Positions 1 through 13,173 of a DNA stretch of 63,325 nt are shown in pieces (within the stretch, counting starts at the first letter, position 1; every line of letters starts with the position of its first letter). Location of the stretch: contig MQRK01221508.1 in NCBI GenBank assembly GCA_001938485.1, forward strand, positions 88,166 through 151,490. Direction: 5' to 3'. The stretch is from Girardia tigrina (Eukaryota). Below the pieces are notes generated by a model. It worked only from the letters and a program-made list of their open reading frames with translations. It was not told the DNA's origin and searched no databases. Made by a program: the position numbers and the translations under genes.

Positions 1-109
1 AAATATCAATTTTCCATCTGGGTGGGAGAAACACATTTCCAAATACTAAACTCAACATACAAAATTCAACAAACCAATTTCAACATACCAAATTTAAAAT
101 ATTCCTCAC
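1..109 (-). repeat. TGTGAGGAAT-family LTR fragment (related copies start near 14144, 20261, 44832 and 46050 on the plus strand)
   Basis: Shared TGTGAGGAAT...CTCC(T/C)AC.CAGATGGA core. Confidence 0.75.
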
Positions 110-1833
110 AAACGTAATTTGACATGAACACAATCGCAAATTTTATGCATGTTGAGGTTAAAAAAGTGCCTTAGGTCGAGTTGAATTAGGAAATATAGAA
201 AACAAAATTTTATTTTTAAAAAACAAGTTGTACATAACTTTTTGTATATATTGTTTACGAGCAGTCGACATTTATTTGACTTAAATGTACGATGCAATCG
301 AAATTCTCAATGTAATTTACTTTTTACGCTTGATAAAAAATCTCTAGACGGACGTTGTTATTCAAAACAGACGGTACATGTAGTGACCACTAAATAACAC
401 GTCAAATGTTTCAGTAAAATATTTTCCCTCAAAAAAAATCTTTTTTTACAAGCTTTTATTACGTTTCATTTGTTTGTCTGTCCGGATGCATCAAATCTTG
501 CGATCGAAAATTCACCCATTTCCTGTTCACCTAGCGACATGAAACTTTCAGGACTGATGTATTCTAGGTGACAATACACTTTTTCACAGTCACTGCTCAT
601 CTACCGCCTTTAGTTTGGCAGCAAAAAGTAATTAAATTGTCGTTCTCATGTTTTCCTCAGTAGTAGGCTTTGAAATTTGCTACATCTAAATGCAAATAGA
701 AAGCGGGTTTTCGCCTAGTAGGCTTTGATAATTCAATGGGAAGTGGTTGAAATAGATACAGAACCGCAAACATATGACAAATTATAAAAGCTTGTACACC
801 AAAAATTTTTTTGGTATGATTATACTTATTTGTTATTAAAATTTTTTTTCACAAGAATATTAGTTACACAAAATAAATGTAAAACGAACGAACTTCAACA
901 ATTATTAATTTTTTTCACATCTTTTTAATTCTTGCAACCAAAAACACTCTATGAGTAATTATAAAGTGCATGTGAAAGAAGTTAGAAAAAGAACCGAAAA
1001 ACAATAGTACAAATAAGAAAAATGTCGGACACTAAACAAAATAAAGCATTGTTTAAATAAATTAAAAAAACAAGCAAATGAACAAAAATTTAAAAGGTCA
1101 TGGGATGGTCAACTATGTAATGATAAAAATATATGATGCATGTGTTCAATTCGAATTTTCGATATATTTCGACACGAAGTTGATTTCTATTTTGTCCGTC
1201 ATGGGAGATTTGTTCCTGAATTTACCGACCAGGCGGATTTGGACCGTCGGACCACGATGTATGAAAACAATTTGGCTAGATGGAAGTCTATGCTACATTT
1301 TTCGAGTGTCATCCGCCGACGGTAAAGTTTATATTTTGATTAAAGATTTCGCTCCCGTTACAATGCATACCAAGGCCGTTCGGGCAGAAATAAAGAGCAT
1401 CCTGTCGCATTTATGTCGGTCTAACAACTACATAAAACAATATTAAAAAAGGTTCATTAAAAGCGACCACATATAACGGGATTGAAGAATTTTATTTTCA
1501 TCAAGCAAATTTGTTTCACGATTAAAGAAGCAAAACAACAGTAGAAATCGATTAAAAGAAGATTGAGAAATTTAATATAATAATAACTAAAGAAACAAAG
1601 TGTTTTGTACTGAAATATTAAAAACTCTAAAAGCAAAATAGAAAGTGAGATTGAATAATAAATTATTAATCACTTATTACCACATTTGGAAAAATGAAAG
1701 TATCAAATGTATGTTCTCTAGGAAGAAATTCTTCTTACCTGATATATATATGCATGTTGTCCAGACACTCTTCGAAAATTTATCAAGTTAAATATATATA
1801 TTTAGTTCAAAAGAATTATTATTAGCTCAAAAG

Positions 1834-1880
<47 letters not shown>

Positions 1881-4800
1881 AAGCTAATAAAAAGAATGGA
1901 ATAAAAATTACAATAAAATAAAAAAAACATTCTGCTTAAATACCATTAACTGAAATTTTAGAAATTTAAATTTAGTTTTGCGAAATATAAAATGAAATTA
2001 ATTATTTACTTTAATTCTAAAGGATAAAGTTAGATTGAAAATCGAAATTCTGATGTTTCAATCTCAAATTAAAAGAACTCGATTGAGTTTCCCAATAAAA
2101 ATGAACAGAAAATATATTAAAAAGAATAAAATTTCTTTTTAAATTTAAAATTAAATCTAGGAATTTTTTATTTTCAATTTATGTTTATGCGTTACCCTCC
2201 CATACATTAAAAATCTAAGACTTTTTTGATGTAGAATATTTGAATTATTGTATTTTAAAATTTAATTATTATCATTATTTATAAAATCGAAAAGAAAGAA
2301 ACCAGAAAATTTTCTATCTCCAAAATTTTATTCGTTATCATCGAAATTTTGTTATGACTATTGTATTGATGTAAAATATTTTTTTTGAAAAATTAATTTT
2401 GATGTAAATAACACTGATTATCATTTAAAAAAGACTTTTAAATTTATTATTAAATTTGATAGTGACCTTGAGGATTTGTTTTGTCGAATTAAATTAGATA
2501 AACTTTTGTAAATATTGTGGAAAATAAAAAGTATTGAAGGTGCGCATTTCTTTTTGATATATTTTTATCATATCAGATTTCCCGCGAGGTTTCGATTTTG
2601 TGATTTAATTGTCGATTCGATTTTGTCGACCGCATTGTTGACCGCTGGATATTCGGTGTTATATTTGGACAGGGGTGATTATTACGGCGATTGTAATGGA
2701 TGTTAGCGACTCACTGACTTGAAAGAATTGTTGGAGAAATGGAAAATCGATCCGGTTCTTGAATGTTTGTGTTGAAGAAATCACAAAAAATGGTTTATCA
2801 GATTCGATTGCCCATCATTAGAATCGGAAGTCTTTTGGAAAAATTATATGCGGTTTTGAAGTCGAGTTATACCCAAGAGTTTTGTTCTCCGAAAGTCAAA
2901 AAGTCGATGCTCTTATTCAGTCTGATGTAATCGGTAATTAGAGAATAAATTTATTTCCAAATTTGCTTCATTTTCTGATAACAAAATCATACCGATTCCG
3001 ATTAATCGATCAGATATTATAAAAACTAAAGTGTTTTCATTTCGACAAAAGTGACAGTTAATATCATTTCTTAAATGGTGCTTTGCAGTTGTTTTGACAA
3101 AAGACTTGGTGGAGAAGTATTCTAATCGTTCATTGTTTGAACTTCTGCGTACTGAAAGAAATATAGATGAATTCACAGAAAAAATAATTATTGAATTTTT
3201 AGCTTTATCTCCTGGGAACGTTGAAACTAAAGAAGAAATTTCAAAAATAAAACGCCTTTTACAAATTTTGACCTTATCCTATCATGTGGCTCAATTATGG
3301 ATGTGGAGAAATTCCTCAAGCCTTTTACAGTGTTTGGAGCAGTCTACAGTTTAAATATATCAATTGTATCATGTAATTCTCAACTATCACAAAATGGAGA
3401 ATTTCCAATGACTCAAGAAGAAAGAAATGTATCAATTAATTATAGGAAACTAAAATTAACATTGTCAAATCAAAGCGATGTTCATACATATAAAATTATT
3501 TTTCACAAGCCCTGTTTAAATCCAAAATTTCTTGTTAACATTGATTAAATGAGATGGGTATCTCGAGCGTTTCTCATAACAAATAAAATTTTAATAAAAG
3601 AAACCAGAGAAAACAGTGATATATTGATGTTACCATTTCATGTTGATCACGCTTGAAATCCTTCTTTACCATTGGAATTAAAAAATCGACAACGTTCGAA
3701 ATGAGAACAGAACAATGTTAATCTTTTTTTCCCTGACTGGATTTGATGAATTATTGACAATCATATCGGAAAAATGGAGGGATTGTGACTTATTAAGACA
3801 TTCAATATGGGCCCAGCACTTGATCGAAAGAGCTTCCCTGCGCAATCCTGCTGCCTCCGTTCGATTCTTGGGGCAACCTCAAAGTTTGGCGGAAGAAATT
3901 ATATTAATTCACATTAAAAAAATTATGAAAAAAATATTGGTTTGTTTAAAATAATTTCCGTGGAAAGACTGAAATTTTTAATGTGAATGTTGTTTGATTT
4001 ATAAACATTTTTGTTTGAGTCACACAGTTTTTATCAGAAAAAAATGTCGTTAATCGATTTGTATGACTTATCGATCTATCGAAAATCGACTGGCTTATTT
4101 AATCTACCGAAAGAAGCGGAAATCGCTAAAGATTTAATTGAGAAACTCAAAAATTTGTGTAGCGAAAGCGACTTTTTTTGTTTGCTCTCACCGACGGATT
4201 AGAGTTCACTAATTCGTGTCACATGTGTCAGTTGGACTATCGCGATTTAATTAAAGACGAATTTTGTGTTTTAATGAGCGTCCTGAATGATAATTATGAC
4301 AAATTAATTGATGAAATTCAATCGATCGATAATCAAATCGAATTGAGAATTATTGACAAAGAATTTCTCGGTGATAATAGAGGCTATAAACTAAATTTTT
4401 AATGGGCCCAGCACACTCATGCCGAGATCGAAATCATATAAAAAAATCCACCTTGTGTACCTGTTACCTCCGTCCGGTTCTCGCGGCAACTCATAGATTG
4501 TCACGAAATTTAGTCGAGCTGAATTACTATTACAAGTATTTCTTTAAAACGATTTTGTTAATTAATTGAAAACATTTTTACGACTTCATGAAATTCTTAT
4601 TATTGATTTGAATATATTTCATATTGTCTGTTTAACTTTTTTCTAAAGAAAAAGAAGAGAAAACAATATATAAAAAAGTACTTATAATGATTTGGACGAA
4701 TATTAACAATTAATAAAAAAAATATAAAATGTGCCCAGCACAACTGAGACTGTGCTGCCACCAGTGAGTCTCTTGGACAATCTAGAGGCGTACAATCACT

Positions 4801-4998
4801 GAACAATCATTTTAGCCTAAAATATTAGACATATATGCTTTAACAAAGTATAATATTTAAACTTTAAAAATAAAATAAGATTTTTAAATAGATTTTTTGG
4901 AAAGTTTCTATTTTCTGGAAAAAACTACATTTGCATTTAAGTGTTATCTAAAATTGTATAGTTGAGAATAAATAACATTCTTCAATGAAGCATTTTAA

Positions 4999-5137
4999 TC
5001 ATGGATTATTGTAATTATTGTTTACAAATTCAGCGAGAGGAAGAGCTGATATGGTTTGAAGCTCCATGGAACTGATGGCTTGGGGATCGAGTTTGAACCA
5101 GGTGTTTGTTAACCAGTAATCAGCATTGCCTCGTTCA
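4999..5137 (-). CDS. obscurin-like terminal coding exon
   Basis: atttcag acceptor; SERGNADYWLTNTWF...NNP then TGA. Confidence 0.8.
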
Positions 5138-8100
5138 CTGAAATGATTTTTGTATTAATCTATAGTAATGTCGGATTAAATCAAAAAAATCAAATTCAAA
5201 CTTATTTATAAATCAGAAAAACTGAAAAAAAAACTTGTCTGTTAATTTGTATTACTTGCTAAATTATAATAAACTAATATTTAACGTTCATGTCATAAGT
5301 TGAAAGTTTTTTAATAATTTTTTGAAAATGTATTCAGACTTTCTTGTATTTAGAAATCTCATAACCTTTATTAAGGTCTTTAAACATCAAATATTAGAAC
5401 TAGTTATTAGTTTTTAATATCCAGGTGACATAAATTATTCTTTCGACATTATGTATAACAATCGTGATGTACATGAATCAGCAAACTAGGTTTTTTAGAC
5501 CCTCAGTTACGGGGTCCAGTAGTCCCTATATAAATTTGCAGTGTTTCGAGTTTCAAATAAATAATTAATATAACTATTTTTTTTAAAAGAAATGAATTAT
5601 ATATATATATATATGTGTGTGTATTTCCTAAAATAACGAAAAAAACGAAAAAATTATATTATGTATTTGAGCCTCAAAATATTTATCATAATGAAATTTA
5701 TATTTAAAGATATTTTTATAATTTGATGAAATATTTATAAATGAAGTAAAATAGAAATTTATTCAAAGTTTTTATAACGTAATGGTGTTAAAATAATGTA
5801 AACTAAATTCTGAGGTTTTAAAAGAAACATAAAGATTATTAATTTTAAAAATTATTTTTGAAATTAAAATATAATAAATAGTTTAAAAAGATAAAGAAAA
5901 AGGTAGAAAAACACAAATTAAAATAACGAAAAATTATGAAAGATCTTCCAAACGTTGTGATGAACGTAATTGGATGTTAATAAAAGTTTGCAGAACAATT
6001 GTGTCAGTGTTCTTAACAATTATGTTTAATTATAAAAATTATTATAAAAGTTAATTAAAAATATATAATATTGATACTGCGTAAGGTTTCCTATTTTCGA
6101 TATTAATCATTGGGTTATAGTGTCTGATTATATTAATTTAAATTTAAGTTTAGCTCTCATTGTGTAGCCGGTTTTGATTTCGCTGTATGAAAGTCTTTTA
6201 TTTGATCTGCCCCTGAAACTATTCGGACATTATCGATATTTTTATAATTGTCACTTTAAATATTCTAATATCCTTCAGAAAATTGAAATTTTTACATTAT
6301 TTGTATGTGCACCTCGTTAGGAATGTTTTGAATTGTGTGTTGATATTGTGCATGTTGCATGTTCATTCGGATTGTGCCTCTCCTACACAGATGGATGATT
6401 GATATTTTATTTGATTACTACTAATTAAAAATAATTTAATTTAATTTTAAAGTAAAAAGATTTAAAATTATTTTTGAATGTATTATTTAATTTTTAATGC
6501 AATTTAAAAAATTTTAATATATGATTTTAATATATGATTTAATATGCACTTTATAAAAAATGTTTAGATTTAATTTTAACCAATTAGATTCTTTATAATT
6601 AATAATTTTTATTCCAAGATTTTCATTTATTGAAAATAATTAGTATGGATTCAGAAATATATCGATCAAGAACAATGTCAAATAGTGAAGGCGCTTGTGA
6701 TAATAATAAATGTTGTAAAACTCATATTGATGTTGTTAATACACCCCAAATATTTTCTTGGTCTCATGTTTGTAGATATATATTATTAGTGAAACGTTTT
6801 TGGAAAATGTCAAATTTATCAGGCGTATTCTTATAACAAGAAAAAATAGTCAAAACTCCCTGAAATATTTGACTTTTATAATTCTCCTGTCAGTAAATTT
6901 GGATGTTGAATAAAGTCTTTTGTTGGTTGATTTTCTACACTATTCCGTTTTATTTATACCATTTAGCCTTTTTAAAGAAAATCTAACAGTAGAGGATGAT
7001 TATTATTCTCCAATTCTATCGTATATTTATATTTAAATGAATACAAATCAAATAACATTAATTTAAGTTCTCTCATGTTTTACTAAAATTTCCAGAACAA
7101 AGTACTGCAATACGTGTACTATGTTCTTAATCGTTTGGCGACACTTTATCACTACAAATTAGAGGTTGCAAATCGCTGCATTTTCCCAATCCCGGGATTT
7201 CTGGATAAATTCTGACCCTAATTCATTTTTTCATAAACTACAATCATTTTGAAAAGAGCTGTTCATTGTTTACCAGTTATTGCTATGGTTCCGTCCTATA
7301 ATGTTTGCAGAAGCTTTTTATTTACTGACTGATAGCAAACCTGATCATAAAACATGCAAAAGCTTTTTACTTATTTTGAGTTGACTTGTATAAGAAGTAA
7401 GCGCCCACCAGATCAAAAAGAACGATGTGATGAAGTAATTTTCCCGATTCAAAAATGGTATTCCTTTGAAAGTGATTGTGAGGGAATAGATAGAACAACA
7501 AATATTATTGAGAGATAGCACTATGCACTTCAGTCTTCTCTGCAATGCCATCCCCCAACATTGTGGATAGTTTTGAAAGGAATTCGTTAAGATATGCAAA
7601 TACAATAAACGTCATTGTTAAATGGAATTTTGGATCTTCAGCCAGCCTTGTCAAAAAGATATTAGGTTTTGAAACAACGAGTAACGAATACCGTTAATTT
7701 ATACTCATACAGTGACACTTTGACCTATCTGAATTCTATTATTTTTATACAGTTTATTTTTATAAAGTGATAAAGTGTCGGTACACCGTTCCTAATACGT
7801 TTCATCAAGCGAATCTTCTTCGTTCAAATCAACAAAATTAAGATTTCTGATATTTAATGTTAGAATGGACTCCACCGTACTTTGTAATCTCTCTGTACAT
7901 CCATATAAATTACGCCAGTCAATTTGTATATAACCTTTCTCCATTAATGTTTCAAATATTTGGGATTATGTTTTCATAAATTCCATGCAAAATTTACACT
8001 AGAGGAATTCTTATTGAAAATCAAAGATTTATTATTCGTAATTTATTGTACTGATTAATATTGAAAATGCTTTCTTAATATTAATAATATTTTCATTATT

Positions 8101-9176
8101 TTTAATAATATCCATTAAAAAGTAAAAAAACATTTTTTTTTAAATTCAATTTTGTCCGGAAATATTTTGATTCTATAACATTTATTAAATCAAATATTTA
8201 TACTTATTTAAAAGGATGAATTTATAATTGTACCGACATTAGTAATACTAAATGTGTTGAAAATTTTATGTTTTTGATGTCGGGAGATAGAAATAATATA
8301 ATAATATAAAACATAGGAAATTTATTTCTTGACATTTTAATTATTCAAAAGATAACATAATTATATTATTCATTATTATTCAACTTTTTTGAATATTTAT
8401 TGATATTTTTACATGTTGATAAACGGAGCTAACCTTGGATTCTTTTTTAGGGAATTATGAACAAATTTTCTTGCTCCTTTTGAAAATCTGTGCAATAAAG
8501 ACAGTTTAGGGGCTCGAATATGTGAATGAGTCGTCGGAAGAAGTAATGTCTTAGTGTTTTTTACACAACATTGGACATCAGAATCGGAGCAAGCATCTTC
8601 GATTGCTGGAAGTTTGGTCGCCAATCTAAAAGCCAGAGTTACTACATAATAATAAAATAAAACAGTTACAATAAAAACGTCAATACTCCCAAACTCCAAA
8701 TGTCAGTTTCACTTTTTGTAATACTTTCATATCGAAACTCAGGAGCTAAGAAAAAGTTTTATTAATAATAAATCATTTAAAATACAAAATAATTGTAAAC
8801 TTTAATTAATTTTTCTGAAACAATAAAACAATTTCACTAGCTGTTTTGAACACTAAAAATTACGATCTAAGGTCCACAAAATAACTTTCTATTTTACTTG
8901 CTTTCAAAGTTTTTTACAAAGCCACAAACTTTTAGTGAAATTTTAAGGGATTTTTCGATTATGCTTTGCAAACTCACTTTTTTGATTACAATATAACAAT
9001 CAATTACCCAAGTTACTATCATAATTAATACTTAATCATTTTTTTTCTAAAATAAACAAGTTTGAGATTGAATCTTAATTATCCTTTATTTATAATTTAA
9101 ATAGAAAAAAATAAGTTCGAATTTGTATTTTTTTATATTTAGCGTAACCTGATGAAGTTTAGTTATTTATTTTTAA

Positions 9177-9215
<39 letters not shown>

Positions 9216-12200
9216 CGAAAATATAATTTGATTAAAGCTTTTATTTAATTATATATAATAAATATATTATATATAATATAATAAATATATTATATATAAT
9301 TATATATTATATATAATTATATATAAATAAATATAAAAAATATAAAAAAATATAAATAAATATATCTGTTGAAATTGTATTATTCAAACAATTCAATATT
9401 CATATACTAAACATCCAAAAATTGCTGATGATGATGTATGTAAACATCGAAACATGTCCAATAATTATATAAAAAAAGCTTTAATCAAATNNNNNNNNNN
9501 NNNNNNNNNNNNNNNNNNNNNNNNNNNNNNNNNNNNNNNNATATATATATATATATATATATTTCGAAAATATAATTTGATTAAAGCTTTTATTTAATTA
9601 TTGGACATGTTTCGATGTTTACATACATCATCATCAGCAATTTTCGGATATTTAGTAAATGAATATTGAATTGTTTGAATAATACAATTTTAATAAAAAT
9701 TGTGATTTGCAAGCTAATCTGGTATATAAATTTAATTGTCTCCGGTGTCAAAACTTGAACATCGGAGAGACAAATCGTTATTTCAAAACGCGGATTAGCG
9801 AGCACTCGCAAATGAGTCGATCGAGTAAGGTTCTTGATCATTGGTTATGTTGTAAGGATAGAACCTCATCCATTTCAAAAGATGAGTTTTCTGTTTTACA
9901 ATAGGGTTTTGATTCACATTACGAACGACAGTTTTGTGAATCTCTACTAATAAGACACTACAACCCATCAATTAACATTCAGAATGGGCAAAGTAAGGTT
10001 ATTTCAATACTTAAAATTTTTAATTGAAATAATTTTTGCCATTATTACCCAATAATATTTTCATAAATAATAATGTTTAATTTTTTTGTTACTTTTTAAA
10101 GTAAATTATCTATTAAAATTGTATTAAAATTGTATTATTCAAACAATTCAATATTCATTTACTAAACATCCGAAAATTGCTGATGATGATGTATGTAAAC
10201 ATCGAAACATGTTCAATAATTATATAAAAGCTTTAATCAAATTATATGTACACTCTATCACCAACACTTTATCATGCGACATTTTATCACAGTGACACTT
10301 TATCACTGGATAAAAATAAACTGTATAAAAATAATGAATCAATAAAGAACTTTCTTAATTAACTTTATATTAAAAACAAGATAAATGAGAAATAGAATTC
10401 AGATAGGCCAAAGTGTCACGTTTTATGATAAACATATAAGAAGCATGTTGCGTGTGAGATTAAAATCAAGATTCATTAATTACATTTTAATGTTTATCCT
10501 TTTAAGAATTTTAATTTTCTTAACTCAACCATTAAATATTAAATTTTTGGAATGATGATTTCAGTACTTTAATGTTTTAATAAAATTTCATTTTTTAAAA
10601 AAACTCATTTTACGAAAATTTGATTATTCTAGAAATTAATTTTTCCTTAAATAAACATCAATTTTTAAAAACCGATTATTTGAGTTTGAATAACTTATTT
10701 TTGTTTTGGGAATTACTTGTTTAACTTATTATTATAAATTTCTTATTATTTTGATATTATATATTTTTTTTTAATTTTAGATCTTCAAAAATTTATGAGT
10801 TCGCCCGAGATCCTAACAAAGCTCTGGCATATTTTTTTTATGATCAGGCGTGTTATCAGAAAATAAATATAATAAGTTTATAGTTTATAATTGATTTATA
10901 AATAATAAATGTATTGACAAATAAATATTATTATAAGTTCATTTTACAAAAAAAAGTTCAGTAATATACTTGACACTTTTATACGTTTGATATTTAAAAG
11001 GACAAAAAACATAGAAAGAAAAAATATCATAGATTATTTATATCTAAAGAATTTGTAAATGTAAATTAGACCAAACAAAGTTAGGGCCATTACAACAATA
11101 AGTTTGACAGGGAAAAAAATCAACTGAAAATGATTGCATGTTTTAAAGTGATAAAGTGTCGCAGTGATAAATATATTTATCGGAAATTAAAATCCATATA
11201 AAATTTATATATAAGGGTAGAAAACTGTATAATAATCTCATCATCATGTCAATCCACATCAGGCATTAAATTAAAACATTATACGGGACTGTACAATAAT
11301 TAAAATACATTCTACCAATAAATAATTGAATTAAAATGAATATATTAAGTTTCTTTAAATCAAATGGCAATTTAGTCATTAAACAAATTGGATCACATAG
11401 TGAAATGTCATGGAACTCAAAGGAGGGTATTTGATAATAATTTTCGGGTTTTGATTAACGGATAACATGAAATAGTAGGACACCTACTATTTTAATAGTA
11501 GGTGGAAAAAAATTGAAAAGGCGCCCAATATTGGTTTACACCTACTATTTGGTGCTTTTGTTTTGAANNNNNNNNNNNNNNNNNNNNNNNNNNNNNNNNN
11601 NNNNNNNNNNNNNNNNNNNNNNNNNNNNNNNNNNNNNNNNNNNNNNNNNNNNNNNNNNNNNNNNNNNNNNNNNNNNNNNNNNNNNNNNNNNNNNNNNNNN
11701 NNNNNNNNNNNNNNNNNNNNNNNNNNNNNNNNNNNNNNNNNNNNNNNNNNNNNNNNNNNNNNNNNNNNNNNNNNNNNNNNNNNAGTAGGTGGAAAATTTT
11801 TTGAAAACTTCATTACACCTACTATTTCATGTCCACCTACTATTTGATGTTATCCGTTAGTAACTTTGATCACAATTATGAAAGGACAATTACTGAAGCA
11901 CTGTTGATAAAGTTTTATAAACCTAGTTTAAATGTGCAGAGTGATTCGCCCAATCATATTAGAGTATTTTGACGTAACACACTGTGACGTAATGGTCATC
12001 TTTCTATATAAACAATAACTTTCTAATTAAATAAAGAACTGAAGATGCCACAAAAGTGGCGAAACATGTTTTCCAATAAAAATTTAAAATTAAAATGGTG
12101 TTAATTTTGTTTAAAATGAATATATTTAATTTTCCTTAAAGATTAAGCGAAAATACACTACACGCGATAAAGTTTATTCTTACCAATCAACAGTTGGTAT

Positions 12201-13117
12201 CACGTGTTAGTTTAATACATGGTTTGGGACCCCAGATGATGAGATTGTCATCTCGCAATGTGTCGTCTTATTTTTATCATTTCTATATAAATATAAATAT
12301 AGTTGCGTTTCACATTTAAACTATTATAATAAAAAAAATTAATAAAATAATTTGTAATTCTATTACACTCTGCATTATATCGTTAATTAAATACACTTAA
12401 TCTCTAAGATAACTCAAATCAACTTTATTGATGACATTGAAATTCAATTTTAATTTCAAGAACTCATTACTTTTATTACATCCGAATTATATATTTTATA
12501 ATAAAGTAATTTAATTTAAGAAACTTAAATTCTGAAGAAATTCAATGTGTACCTTTAAAAATTGGTGTTTTGTGGGTCGTCTGAGGAACCAAATCACTGA
12601 CCGTCCCTATAAACTGGCAGGTCTCTAGCCCAATTAATTTAATGTCAAATAATTGATTAGTTCTTCTTGCAACCAGAATGTTTGATGGATCAATGTTTGC
12701 ATGGACAATATTATTTGAATGGAGGAATTGAACAGTCTCTAAAAGTTGCCGTATTATTGTGTGAACTGAGAATTCAGAATATGTGTATCGAGCCAACAAA
12801 ACAGACAAAAGGTTTCCACCAGGAACATATTCTTCATAGGTTGTTCGGTAACCAGTGACTGAATCTCGTAGTTCTCCATAAATAATTGGAAAATGATAAT
12901 ATTTTATTCGGGTACATAAATCTATTGCAGGATAAGTATCATCTGATTTGAATGTTCTTTGGACAGTATAATCTGGAAAACTAACGTTGTGATTTTTGAG
13001 TTTTAGGATAGTTATGGCCCTATAAAAATAATTAATTTATATATTATATACATATTATAGTGTGGTCAAATGATAGTTTCAGTTTTTTACACGAATATCA
13101 ATAAAATGATAAATAAA

Positions 13118-13173
<56 letters not shown>

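Larger units (their letters stand above)
9575..10245 (+). mobile_element. Penelope-like element 3' end (GIY-YIG endonuclease) with inverted pseudo-LTR
   Basis: NLVYKFNC..C..IGET.R.FKTRISEH...ESLLIRHYNPSIN; 9575-9700 is an inverted copy of about 10120-10245. Confidence 0.85.

Noticed and set aside
455-720. Possible non-autonomous Helitron ending GCGGGTTTTCGC-CTAGT
   Set aside because: Weak hairpin and no definable 5' end; too uncertain to list as a feature.
3810-3900. Twister, HDV, tRNA or miRNA interpretation of the GCCCAGCAC motif
   Set aside because: Required conserved cores and pairings could not be found on either strand; kept only as an unexplained repeat.
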